Below are positions 30,879 through 38,879 of a stretch of DNA of 38,879 nucleotides, one piece after another (within the stretch, counting starts at the first letter, position 1; each line of letters starts with the position of its first letter). Source of the DNA: Myxococcota bacterium (GTDB lineage: Bacteria > Myxococcota_A > UBA796 > SXON01); the NCBI GenBank assembly GCA_964202365.1, contig CAXNIN010000002.1:1-38879 (forward strand), given 5' to 3'. A program made the position numbers and the translations under genes. The notes beneath the pieces are model-generated. The model was not told where the DNA came from. It ran no database searches and saw only the letters and a list, made by a program, of their open reading frames with translations.

Positions 30879-32411
30879 GTGAACCGGAAGATCGCAGCCG
30901 CGGGCGTGATCTGGACCCTCGCGCTGCTCGCGTCCCGGGTCATGGGGCTCGTGCGCGACGCGGTCCTCGGCACCGTGCTCGGGGTCTCCCCCGCCGCCGA
31001 CGCCTACGCCGCCGCGTTTCGCGTCCCCGACCTCGTGTCGCTCCTCGTCTCCGGCGGTGCGCTCTCCATCGTCTTCATCCCGATGTTCACGGGTTTTCTC
31101 GCGAAGGGCGAGGACGATCGCGCCTGGCGCGCCTTCAGCCTCGTCGCGAACTTCGTGGTGGCGCTCGCGGCCGTGCTCGTGCCTCTCGCGTGGTGGTTCG
31201 CGCCGGAGATCGCGGCGTTTCTCGCACCCGGCTTCGACCCCGAACAGCGCGCGCTCCTCGTGCGGCTCTCGCGCATCGTGCTGCCGGCGCAGGTGTTCCA
31301 TCTGCTGTCGGGCCTGCTCGGGGCCGCGCTTCTCGCCAGGGACAAACACGCGATTCCGGCGTTGGCGCCGCTCGTCTACAACGCCGCCATCATCGTGGGC
31401 GGCGTGGTGGGCCAGAGCGCCGAGGGCTTCGCCTGGGGCGTGCTGATCGGGGCGTTCCTCGGGCCGTTCCTGCTCCCGCTGCTCGCCGCGCGAAGCGTCG
31501 GCTTGCGCTGGACGCTCGGCCTCTCTCTGCGCGATCCCGATTTCCGAACCTACATCCTCCGCGCCCTGCCAATCATGCTCGCGTTCAGCATCGTCGGCTT
31601 CGACGACTACGCGTGGACGTGGTTCGCCTCCTCGCTCCCCGAAGGGGCGGTTTCGACGCTGCAATACGCGAAGAAGCTCGCGATGGTGCCCATCGGCGTG
31701 TTTGGGTACGCCATGGGCTACGCCGCGTACCCCACGCTGGCGCGGCTCTCCGCGGAAGGTCGTAACGCGGAGGTGTGGAGTACGGTGGTAACGTCCGTGA
31801 AGGCCACCTTGTTCCTTGCGTTCGGGTCGCAGGTGGTGCTCACGGTCGCCGGCGCGGACGTCGGCGCGGCGGTGTTCGGCACCACGCGCATCACGCCGGC
31901 CGAACACCTCATCCTCGGGGAGTGCGTGGCGTGGTTCTCCCTCGGACTCGCGGGGTGGAGCGCGCAGACCCTCTTCGCCCGCGGGTTCTATGCCCGCGGA
32001 AAGACCTGGCTTCCGACCCGCCTCGGCTTCTTCGTGCTGATCGCGGCGCTCCCGGTGTACTGGGGCGGCGCGGCGGGGCTCGGGACGCCGGGCCTCGCGC
32101 TGGCGTCGAGCGCCGGCATCACGCTTTACGTGGTCGCGCTCGCGGTGCTGCTCCGCCGCGATCTGGGTGGAACCAACGGTCTCGGCGAGTTTCTCCTCCG
32201 CGCGCTCCCCGCCGTGGCCGCGGGCGTCGCGGTGGGCCTGAGCCTCAAGCCCGCGCTCGGCGCCCCCGAATGGACAAGGGCAGACGCCATCTTTCGCACG
32301 GTCGTCCTCGGCGGCGCGGGCGGGCTCGCGTTCGTGGGCGCGGCCTGGGCGTTCGGCATCGCCGAGGTGCGCGAGATAGCAACCAAGGTCATCCAGAGGA
32401 TTCGGCGATGA
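30879..32411 (+). CDS. murJ: lipid II flippase MurJ
   Basis: Track ORF is 30849..32411. Either GTG 30879 (VNRKIAAAGVIW...) or GTG 30849 could be the start. The MurJ/MviN N-terminal signature is present (SRVMGLVRDAVLGTVLG...ADAYAAAFRVPDLV...GALSIVFIPMF), with about 14 TM helices. Confidence 0.9.
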   Translation: MNRKIAAAGVIWTLALLASRVMGLVRDAVLGTVLGVSPAADAYAAAFRVPDLVSLLVSGGALSIVFIPMFTGFLAKGEDDRAWRAFSLVANFVVALAAVLVPLAWWFAPEIAAFLAPGFDPEQRALLVRLSRIVLPAQVFHLLSGLLGAALLARDKHAIPALAPLVYNAAIIVGGVVGQSAEGFAWGVLIGAFLGPFLLPLLAARSVGLRWTLGLSLRDPDFRTYILRALPIMLAFSIVGFDDYAWTWFASSLPEGAVSTLQYAKKLAMVPIGVFGYAMGYAAYPTLARLSAEGRNAEVWSTVVTSVKATLFLAFGSQVVLTVAGADVGAAVFGTTRITPAEHLILGECVAWFSLGLAGWSAQTLFARGFYARGKTWLPTRLGFFVLIAALPVYWGGAAGLGTPGLALASSAGITLYVVALAVLLRRDLGGTNGLGEFLLRALPAVAAGVAVGLSLKPALGAPEWTRADAIFRTVVLGGAGGLAFVGAAWAFGIAEVREIATKVIQRIRR

Positions 32412-33118
32412 ACGTCCTGATCACCGGTGGGTCCCGCGGCATCGGCGCCGCCATCGCCCGCGAGCTCGCGCGCCCCGGCACGCGCGTCGTGCTCAACTAC
32501 CTGCAGAACGAGGCCGCCGCGGTCGACGTCGCCGCGGACATCGTGGCGCGGGGCGGCGAGGCCGCGCTCGTCCAGGGCGACGTGCGCAGCGAGGCCGATC
32601 TCAAGAAGATGGCCGAGGTCGCCGGCCCGCTCGACGTGCTCGTCCACAACGCCGCCATCGGCGTCATGAAGCCGTGGGACAAGATTCGCACCGGCCAATG
32701 GGATCTCACGCTGGAGAGCTCGCTCCGACCGTTCTGGCTCCTCACGAAGTTGTGCACGCTCAACGACGGCGCGAGCGTCATCGGGTTGTCGAGCCTCGGA
32801 AGCCGGCAGTTCACGCCGGGCTACGCCGCCATCGGCGCCGCCAAGGCCGGCCTGGAAGCCCTCACGCGCCAGCTCGCGGTCGAGCTCGCGCCGCGGGTGC
32901 GCGTCAACACGGTCTGCGGCGGCCTCGTGCGCACCGACGCCCTCCGCTACTTTCCCGAAGGCGAAAAAATGCTCGCGGCGGCGGAGTCGCTCACGCCGAT
33001 GAAGCGCGTCGGAAGCCCCGAAGACATCGCTGGCGTCGTGGCGCTCCTGCTCGATCCCCGGGCCGCGTGGGTCACGGGTCAGGTGATCGTCGCCGATGGC
33101 GGCTTGTCGTTGGTGTAG
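32408..33118 (+). CDS. SDR family oxidoreductase, FabL-like enoyl-ACP reductase
   Basis: ATG 32408 overlaps the murJ stop (ATGA). Cofactor motif TGGSRGIG. The Y-x6-K spacing (YAAIGAAK) is typical of enoyl reductases. Blocks SSLGS...LEALTRQLAVELAP..VN.V.GG...TDAL..FP resemble B. subtilis FabL as I remember it. Confidence 0.85.
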   Translation: MNVLITGGSRGIGAAIARELARPGTRVVLNYLQNEAAAVDVAADIVARGGEAALVQGDVRSEADLKKMAEVAGPLDVLVHNAAIGVMKPWDKIRTGQWDLTLESSLRPFWLLTKLCTLNDGASVIGLSSLGSRQFTPGYAAIGAAKAGLEALTRQLAVELAPRVRVNTVCGGLVRTDALRYFPEGEKMLAAAESLTPMKRVGSPEDIAGVVALLLDPRAAWVTGQVIVADGGLSLV

Positions 33119-33227
33119 CGCGATCCCCTGTTGAGAGGACGTCTGCAGGGGGCAGGGGGGCGAGCCCCCCCGCAACGCCCCCCCTCCCGCTGGCGCACCC
33201 CTGTCTTCGCTCGTTCCGGAGCTCCGA

Positions 33228-33761
33228 ATGGCCACCGACGGCTTCCGCTGGGAGATCGACCCCGACGCGATCGACGAGTCGATCCGCCAGCTCCGCGACC
33301 GGCTGAAGAAGCTGTTCGACCAGGGGCGCTACACCAAGGTGCGCCTGTCGTACAAGGGCAAGGCGCTCCTTCCGGACGTGCCCCTCGCGGCGCTCGTCGC
33401 GGCCGAGGGGCTCTCGCTCGCGCTCGCGGGCCCGCTCCGCTTCCTGCTCGTCAACCTCGGCGTGAAGTCCTTCATCGAGGTCGAGTTCATCCACGAGGCC
33501 ACGGAGCGCGTCGCGGAAGGGCAGGAGCTCTTCGCCGCGGGCGAAGTCGACGCCGCGGAGGCGAAGTACCGCGAGGCGCTCGCGATGAAGCCCGACGACA
33601 CAACCGCGCTCTACCACCTCGGCGTGCTGCTCCGGGTCACCGGCCGCCGTGACGAAGCGCTCGACGTGCTCACCCGCGCCGCGCGCGCCGCCGAGCACCC
33701 CGACGGCGTGAAGGCCGCCGACGCGCTCGACCGCATGAAGCGCGGCGGAAAGTCGCTGTGA
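33228..33761 (+). CDS. hypothetical protein with C-terminal TPR-like repeats
   Basis: 177-aa ORF. A central hydrophobic stretch is followed by TPR-like AEAKYREALAMKPDDTTALYHLGVLLRVTGRRDEALDVLTRA. Confidence 0.65.
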   Translation: MATDGFRWEIDPDAIDESIRQLRDRLKKLFDQGRYTKVRLSYKGKALLPDVPLAALVAAEGLSLALAGPLRFLLVNLGVKSFIEVEFIHEATERVAEGQELFAAGEVDAAEAKYREALAMKPDDTTALYHLGVLLRVTGRRDEALDVLTRAARAAEHPDGVKAADALDRMKRGGKSL

Positions 33762-33781
33762 CCGGCGCGCCGGGCGGAGTT

Positions 33782-33797
33782 TCCCGCGCGCGCGGGA
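33782..33797 (+). terminator. short GC hairpin after the TPR gene (terminator-like)
   Basis: Palindrome TCCCGCGCGCGCGGGA, 21 nt past the stop at 33761, followed by CGGATTTCG. The stem is at most 6-7 bp. Confidence 0.3.
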
Positions 33798-33830
33798 CGG
33801 ATTTCGCTCCGGCCGCGTTGTAGCCCCGCC

Positions 33831-35030
33831 ATGCTCCCCTTCGCAATCACCTGCCTCGTGGCGGCCCTGGCGTTCGCCGCGATCATCGCCCGGCGAAACG
33901 GCGCCCGGTTCGCGGTGCCGCTGCTCGTGGTGCTGCTGCTGCAAGGCACGATGGCGGTCGCCGCGCTCCGCGTCGCGGGGGTGCTCGCGCCGGCGTTCTG
34001 GTACCTGCAAGGCAGCGTCTACGCGATGATCGTGGCGCTCGCCCGCGGCAAGGCGACGCCGCGCTGGTGGCAGCCGCTCGTGAGCTGGCCGGCCTCCTGG
34101 TTCGTCGTCGCCACCTTCCTCGCGCTGCCCTGGAGCGTTCCTGGCATCACGACGCTCGCGGGCGTCCCGTTCGCGGTCGCGGGGCTCGGCGTGCTCTGGA
34201 GCCTCACGAACCGCCAGGAAACGGTCACTATCGACCTCACGACGCCGACACCCGAGCGGCTCACCCGGCTGCCCGAGATGATCCACCGCCGACGCGGCCT
34301 GTCGAGGCCCGGGCACGAAGGCCTGCGCATCGTGCAGATCTCGGACCCGCACCTCGGCCCGTTCATGAGCGAGGCCCGACTGCGCCGCATCTGCGAGCGC
34401 GCGGTGGCCGCCGAGCCGGACATCATCGTGCTCACCGGCGACTACTTGACGCGCGAGACCAACGGCGAGGCGGCGATGCTCGGGCGCGCGCTCGCGCCAT
34501 TGGCGGCGCACCCGCTCGTGTTCGCGTGCCGCGGCAACCACGATCTCGAGGGCCCCGAAGCGGTGGCCGAGGGCCTCGCGGCGGCGGGCGTGCGGCTCCT
34601 GATCGACGAATCGATCACGGTGAACACGCGCGCGGGGCGGGTGCAAATCGTCGGGATGGACTTCCACTGGCGCGACCGCGCGCGGACGATGCGGGGCGTC
34701 CTGGTCGACCTCGTGCGGCCCGCCGACGGCCTGCGCCTCCTCCTCCTGCACGACCCCGGCGCGTTTCAGCACCTCCCGGCCGGAGCCGCCGATCTCGTGC
34801 TCTCCGGGCACACCCACGGCGGCCACGTGGGCCTCGTCTCGTTCGGGCTCGACTGGACCGCGGTGCGCGCGCTCGCGGGCCTCCCCGACCACGGGGCGTG
34901 GGGCGTGCGGCAAAATCGGCTGTACGTGCACCGCGCGAACGGGCACTACGGGTTCCCGCTCCGCATCGGCGTCCCCGCGGAAGAGAGCGTCCTGGAGCTC
35001 CGGCACCCGCGGCTCGTTTCGCGGGTGTGA
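33831..35030 (+). CDS. membrane-anchored metallophosphoesterase
   Basis: 399-aa ORF. About 4 N-terminal TM helices, then calcineurin-like phosphoesterase motifs DPHLG, GDY, GNHD and GHTHGG. Confidence 0.85.
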   Translation: MLPFAITCLVAALAFAAIIARRNGARFAVPLLVVLLLQGTMAVAALRVAGVLAPAFWYLQGSVYAMIVALARGKATPRWWQPLVSWPASWFVVATFLALPWSVPGITTLAGVPFAVAGLGVLWSLTNRQETVTIDLTTPTPERLTRLPEMIHRRRGLSRPGHEGLRIVQISDPHLGPFMSEARLRRICERAVAAEPDIIVLTGDYLTRETNGEAAMLGRALAPLAAHPLVFACRGNHDLEGPEAVAEGLAAAGVRLLIDESITVNTRAGRVQIVGMDFHWRDRARTMRGVLVDLVRPADGLRLLLLHDPGAFQHLPAGAADLVLSGHTHGGHVGLVSFGLDWTAVRALAGLPDHGAWGVRQNRLYVHRANGHYGFPLRIGVPAEESVLELRHPRLVSRV

Positions 35031-35042
35031 GCGCGGGCGCTA

Positions 35043-35062
35043 GGGTCCGTCCGGACGGGCCC
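35043..35062. terminator. palindromic hairpin between convergent genes (bidirectional terminator-like)
   Basis: GGGTCCGTCCGGACGGGCCC forms an 8-bp stem (one G-U pair) with loop CCGG. It lies 12 nt after the + stop (35030) and abuts the - stop (35063). Confidence 0.45.
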
Positions 35063-36904
35063 TTACTCGCGGGCTCGCGCGCGGCTCGCAGCGGCCGCAT
35101 CCGACGACCACCCAGGCGGCGCCTCCGTCCCCGCCGCCCACCCGCCGCCGGGCCCGCTGTGCGCGGCGGACCCGCGCCCCTGGCGCTCCCGGTGGGAGGG
35201 GTGCCTACGGTAGAACTCGGTGACGCGCGCGAGGGCGAAGAGCGGGGTCCAACTCGGAACCCCCTCTCCGAAGGCGGGAAGTTGCCCGGCGTTCGCGACG
35301 CGGCCGCCGGGGGTGAGCCAGTAGGCGCCGCACCCGGGGTCGCCGAGGCGTCCGCTCCACGCCGGCGCGAGCCCGCGCGCCGCGGCGAGCTCGACCACGC
35401 GGGTGGTCGCGTCGGGCGCGCGGAGCCGCCACTGATCGTCGCGATCGCCGCAGTCCCACGTCAACAGGGCGTCGATGCGGCGAACCGCGGCCCGCGAGCG
35501 GGGCGCGTCGTACACGGAGGCGAGCGCGACGCGGTCCTCCGCGAGGAGGAACCGCGCGAGCCGGCCCAGGTCGTCGGAGTCCGGCGCCACGAGGCCCTGG
35601 TCGACGATGATTGCGCAGCTCGCCCACGCTTCGGAGGCGCAGGTGGCGTCCAGGAGCGCGCCGAGGGTCCCGACGATGTCGCCCCGCACGGGCCGGAACG
35701 GCGTGTCGCCGGCAGGTGCGGCCGCGAGCGACGGCACGAGCCGAGCGGAGAGCCCGCCGTCGCTGGGGGCCTCGTACTGAGGAAAGGTGAACGCGGCGAA
35801 CACACCCGCAACCACCACCACCCCGCCCACGTGCGCGGACAGCGGGCCGGCGGCGAGCACGGCCAGCGCCAGGGCGGCGGGCAGCAGGGTATCGGGCTTG
35901 CCTCCGTAGATCGCGGCGTCGAGCAGCGGGGTGAGCGCCCAGAGGACGAGCACGGGACGGACCGAGAGCCCGGCGGCGGCGGCGCGAAGGCGAGCGCGCC
36001 ACGGCAAGGGGACGGGGCGAGCGGTGCGGGGGCGCGTGACGGCCAGCACGATCCCTGCGATGGCGGCAAGGAGCAGGGCGACGAGCGCCGGGCGTTCGAG
36101 GAGCGTCACGATGCGCGCGACGGCGTCCCGGAGGGCCCCCGCAGCGCCCTCGGGGTGCGCGGGTACCGCCGCCGACGCGCCCTCCGCCATCCCCACGAGC
36201 GCCCCGGCGCCCCAGAACGCCGCAATCGCCGAGAGCTTCCCGACGAAGGGGCCCACCTGCCCGTCGCCGCGGCTCCACACACCGGCGGCGAAGAGCAGCA
36301 GCACCGGAGCGAGCCACACGAAGGCGGAGGGTTCCAGCGCGAGGAGCGCGGCACCGAACAGACTCGCCGCGAGGATGCTGCCCACCCGCGCGAGCCCAGG
36401 GTCGCGCGCCGCGACGAGGAGCGTCAACCCTGCGAGCGCGGCGCCGGCCGGCCGCGGGTCACCCCCTCGCGCGGTCAGCGTGAGCCACGGCGTGGCGGCG
36501 AGAAGGAGCGCGGCCACGGCGCCGGCACGGTCGCTACGCGCGGAATTCGCGGCGTCTTCGCGGGTATGGGCGGCGCGGGCGAGGAGCGACGCCGTCACCA
36601 CCGCGGCGAACCAACCCGCCGCCGAGGCGGCGTCGAACACGCCGGGTGCACGCCCGAACGCACGCAGCGCGCCGGCCACGAGCCAGGCATACCAACCACC
36701 CGGCGCGAACAGCGTGTCCCGCGCCGCGTCGACCGTACTGGGCCAGGTGCCGAGCGCCCAGTAGAGGTCGGGCAGCCACGCGAGGGCTCCCCCGTCCGCG
36801 TTCGGGAGCCGGCCGTCCCGCCCCCGCCAGAGAAGCTCCGCGCCGGCCGTGGTAGCCACCGCCGCGAGCGTCCACCGCGGGAGCCGCCATACCTCCGGCT
36901 TCAC
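35063..36904 (-). CDS. large polytopic membrane protein (possible GT-C-like), unknown family
   Basis: In track ORF 35063..37435. Start proposed at GTG 36904 (VKPEVWRLPRW...), overlapping the upstream stop (GTGA at 36901-36904). About 11 or more hydrophobic helices, then a soluble C-terminal domain. The 177 codons upstream of 36904 are the out-of-frame image of the neighbouring repeat. Confidence 0.65.
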   Translation of the reverse strand: MKPEVWRLPRWTLAAVATTAGAELLWRGRDGRLPNADGGALAWLPDLYWALGTWPSTVDAARDTLFAPGGWYAWLVAGALRAFGRAPGVFDAASAAGWFAAVVTASLLARAAHTREDAANSARSDRAGAVAALLLAATPWLTLTARGGDPRPAGAALAGLTLLVAARDPGLARVGSILAASLFGAALLALEPSAFVWLAPVLLLFAAGVWSRGDGQVGPFVGKLSAIAAFWGAGALVGMAEGASAAVPAHPEGAAGALRDAVARIVTLLERPALVALLLAAIAGIVLAVTRPRTARPVPLPWRARLRAAAAGLSVRPVLVLWALTPLLDAAIYGGKPDTLLPAALALAVLAAGPLSAHVGGVVVVAGVFAAFTFPQYEAPSDGGLSARLVPSLAAAPAGDTPFRPVRGDIVGTLGALLDATCASEAWASCAIIVDQGLVAPDSDDLGRLARFLLAEDRVALASVYDAPRSRAAVRRIDALLTWDCGDRDDQWRLRAPDATTRVVELAAARGLAPAWSGRLGDPGCGAYWLTPGGRVANAGQLPAFGEGVPSWTPLFALARVTEFYRRHPSHRERQGRGSAAHSGPGGGWAAGTEAPPGWSSDAAAASRARARE

Positions 36905-38199
36905 CGATTCTGGGGTGCGCCGCCCTGGCCCGCGCCCCCGGACGCGCCCTGCTGCGAGCCGCCCATCTGCTGGCCGCCCATCTGCTGACCGCCCTGCTGC
37001 GCGCCGCCCTGCTGCTTTCCGCCGGTCTGCGCACCGCCCATCTGCTGGCCGCCCCCGGTCTGGGCGCCGCCCATCTGCTGGCCGCCCATCTGCTGGCCGC
37101 CGGTCTGGGCGCCGCCCGTCTGCTGGCCGCCCATCTGCTGGCCACCGCTCTGCGCGCCGCCCATCTGCTGGCCGCCCCTCTGCTGGCCGCCCGCCTGCGC
37201 GCCGCCCATCTGCTGGCCGCCGGCCTGCGCGCCGCCCATCTGCTGGCCGCCGGCCTGTGCGCCCGCGCCCTGGCCGGTGCGCGAAGCGGAAGCCGCGGCG
37301 CTCGCGCGGGACGCGACGGAGGAGCCCGCGGCGTCCTCGTCGGTGCCGCCCGTGCCGCCGAGCGTCCCGATGAAGCGGCGCACGAAGCCGCGCTCGAGCA
37401 TGCTCACCCACGCCTCGTCGCCGAGCCCGACGCACGCGGCCGGAAGAAGCTCGTAGCGGGCGCGCTGGGACGCGAGGAGCTGCGCGTCGACGAGCTCGAG
37501 CGCCGCCACGGCGCGGTCGACGGCGTCGGCCTCGCCGGGCTTCACCTGCTTGATCTCGCTCGCGAAGGCGGCGAACTGCGCATCGGTCTCGACGCGCACG
37601 CCCTCGACCGCGAACTGCATGCCGAGGAGAAGGCGGCGCACGCGCAGCTCTTCCTTACCGTCGAGCTGGAGCGCCGACCACGCGGGGAGCGTCGCGGACG
37701 CGCCGCTGGCTTGGGCAACACGGCCCTTGAGGAAGAGCGTCTCCGGGTCGGAGAGCTGCCAAACGAGATCGCGTCCGGGCGCACCGAGCGCATCGAGCAC
37801 GCCGCGAAGAAGGTCGCGTTCGTTGGCGAGCGAGGAAGCCTCGGCGGCGGCGAGGGGCTCGAACGCGGCGCCGAGGGACTCGACTTCACAGGTGCGCGCG
37901 AGAGCTCCCTGGAGCACGGAGAGCTCCCGCTCCACCTTGTACTGCTCCACCTTTCGGGCGGACTCGCGGGCGGAGAGGATCTCGGCGATGGTCGTGCGGG
38001 GCTCGGTCGTGGGCAGCGATGCGGCCACGACGAGCAGCGCCGCAAGAGGGTCGTCGGTGTCCGAGGCGGTGGTGCCGACGGCGCTCGCTTCCGCGGCGAG
38101 TGTCGACGCGCTGGGCTTCGTTGCGGTAGGCTCGTCCGCGCCCTTGGAGTCGGACCCGCACCCGAAGAGCGCGCCAGCAGCGAGAAGAACGGTGAGCAT
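36901..38199 (-). CDS. lipoprotein with C-terminal Gly/Gln/Met-rich tandem-repeat tail
   Basis: Track ORF is 36901..38229; I prefer ATG 38199 (MLTVLLAAGALFGCG lipobox). About 300 aa of Ala/Leu/Glu-rich globular or helical region, followed by about 115 aa of GGQQM/GGAQx repeats. Confidence 0.75.
   Translation of the reverse strand: MLTVLLAAGALFGCGSDSKGADEPTATKPSASTLAAEASAVGTTASDTDDPLAALLVVAASLPTTEPRTTIAEILSARESARKVEQYKVERELSVLQGALARTCEVESLGAAFEPLAAAEASSLANERDLLRGVLDALGAPGRDLVWQLSDPETLFLKGRVAQASGASATLPAWSALQLDGKEELRVRRLLLGMQFAVEGVRVETDAQFAAFASEIKQVKPGEADAVDRAVAALELVDAQLLASQRARYELLPAACVGLGDEAWVSMLERGFVRRFIGTLGGTGGTDEDAAGSSVASRASAAASASRTGQGAGAQAGGQQMGGAQAGGQQMGGAQAGGQQRGGQQMGGAQSGGQQMGGQQTGGAQTGGQQMGGQQMGGAQTGGGQQMGGAQTGGKQQGGAQQGGQQMGGQQMGGSQQGASGGAGQGGAPQNR
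36949..37251 (-). repeat. in-frame imperfect tandem repeat (15-nt GGQQM unit, 30-nt super-unit)
   Basis: The 14-mer CCGCCCATCTGCTG occurs 9 times on the + strand between 36958 and 37245, interleaved with GCCGCC(G/C)G(T/C)CTG(G/C)GC variants. On the - strand this encodes (GGQQM)(GGAQ[A/T/S]) units. Confidence 0.85.
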
Positions 38200-38329
38200 G
38201 GACTGCCTCGAATCCGCCGCGGATAACACGACCCCTCCGGCGGCGGTGCAAGCTGGAGAAAGGATCGAAAAACCTGCTGGACATTCCGCCGTGCCCTACG
38301 ATACAAAGAGTGCAAGCAGGCGTGCGCCC

Positions 38330-38879
38330 ATGGATCGTTTCCTTCTCCTTCCGCTCCTCCTCCCCGTCTTCCTCATGGGTTGCGCCGACGGGGAAGTACC
38401 GAAGGACAAGGGCGCGGACGGCGACACGGCGCCCGTCACCGACAACCCTGACGGCGACGAGTTCGGCATCGACAGCGACTGCGACAACGAGCGCGCGGAC
38501 GTGTACCCGGGCGCCCCCGAACTCTGCGACGGCGTCGACAACGACTGCGACGAAGAAGTCGACGAAGGCGCGACCACCACCTTCTACCCGGCCGGCGACG
38601 GCGACGGCGCCGGCGCCACCGATGGCGCCGTCGAGGCCTGCGAGGCCCCCGCCGGCTACGTCGCATCGTCCGACGACTGCAACGACGCCGACCCCGAAGT
38701 GGCCCCCGGCCTCGACGAGCTCTGCGACGACAAGGACAACGACTGCGACGGCGCGATCGACGAAGACACGGCCGAGCGCACCTGGTTCCGCGACGCCGAT
38801 GCCGACGGCTACGGCGACCCCGACGACTCGATGGACGTCTGCGGCACCCCCGAAGGCTATGTCGACAACAACCTCGACT
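38330..38879 (+). CDS. lipoprotein with MopE-type putative metal-binding Cys-rich repeats, 3'-truncated by window edge
   Basis: Absent from the track because there is no stop inside the window. ATG 38330 gives MDRFLLLPLLLPVFLMGCADGE... (lipobox LMGC). Repeats DCDNERADVYPGAPELCDGVDNDCDEEVDEG and DCNDADPEVAPGLDELCDDKDNDCDGAIDED, then DADADGYGDPD. Confidence 0.75.
   Translation, partial: MDRFLLLPLLLPVFLMGCADGEVPKDKGADGDTAPVTDNPDGDEFGIDSDCDNERADVYPGAPELCDGVDNDCDEEVDEGATTTFYPAGDGDGAGATDGAVEACEAPAGYVASSDDCNDADPEVAPGLDELCDDKDNDCDGAIDEDTAERTWFRDADADGYGDPDDSMDVCGTPEGYVDNNLD

Noticed and set aside
36949-37251. Possible CRISPR-like or non-coding satellite array
   Set aside because: The units are 15/30 nt with no unique spacers. 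They are entirely in frame inside an ORF with a lipoprotein N-terminus, and no cas genes are present. This is a coding low-complexity repeat.
36904-37435. N-terminal 177-codon extension of the membrane protein ORF with striking RPADGRR repeats
   Set aside because: The RPADGRR periodicity is just the GGQQM tandem repeat read in another frame. The extension fully overlaps the lipoprotein gene, and a GTG overlapping that gene's stop (GTGA) gives a sensible start at 36904.
38246-38317. 8-bp direct repeat GTGCAAGC (38246-38253 and 38310-38317) in the divergent promoter region, possibly operator sites
   Set aside because: There are only two copies of an 8-mer. By rough estimate, the chance of such a repeat in a 130-nt region is not negligible, and there is no palindromic structure or third copy. 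This is insufficient support.
1-38879. Search for mobile elements, prophage, defence islands, and tRNA/rRNA/ncRNA genes
   Set aside because: No integrase, transposase, recombinase, restriction or nuclease-helicase genes are recognisable. No inverted terminal repeats or long non-coding gaps exist; the largest intergenic gaps are about 130-160 nt. No cloverleaf-compatible sequences were seen in the gaps. I found nothing I could support.

Overview
This is a 38.9-kb, very GC-rich bacterial chromosomal segment; third codon positions are almost saturated with G/C. Three things suggest a Myxococcota-like source, by inference only: the lipoprotein-rich gene content, a MopE-type Cys-rich repeat lipoprotein, and a look-alike of the Myxococcus-type LexA box. 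I support 36 protein-coding genes (the first and last are cut by the window edges), 4 terminator-like hairpins, 1 candidate SOS box and 1 in-frame tandem repeat. I see no rRNA, tRNA, CRISPR array, transposase, integrase or phage genes. Most of the very long ORFs in the six-frame track are antisense or out-of-frame artefacts of high GC. Backbone genes are recN, a THUMP RNA methyltransferase, GNAT, a YfcH-like epimerase, gloB, MOSC, DUF218, an AidB-like acyl-CoA dehydrogenase, KAS III, plsC, an M16 peptidase, an aminotransferase, murJ, a FabL-like SDR and a metallophosphoesterase. The best candidate for an undescribed system is a tightly packed operon at 19.55-25.08 kb. It encodes a TM + proline-rich mini-protein, a protein built from 8 Cys-pair repeats, an orphan ExbB-ExbD'-ExbD proton-motive-force stator (no TonB, TolA or receptor in the window), and two tandem paralogous lipoproteins with a beta-sandwich domain plus a VWA domain with intact MIDAS. 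A third lipoprotein carrying the same beta-sandwich module sits at 26.5-28.1 kb, translationally coupled to a propeller-like protein. Other points of interest: a Gly/Gln/Met tandem-repeat tail on a lipoprotein coupled to a large polytopic membrane protein; a truncated pyrophosphatase-like gene next to a second large membrane protein; an arylsulfotransferase-like lipoprotein coupled to KAS III; and two mini-ORFs that are easy to miss.
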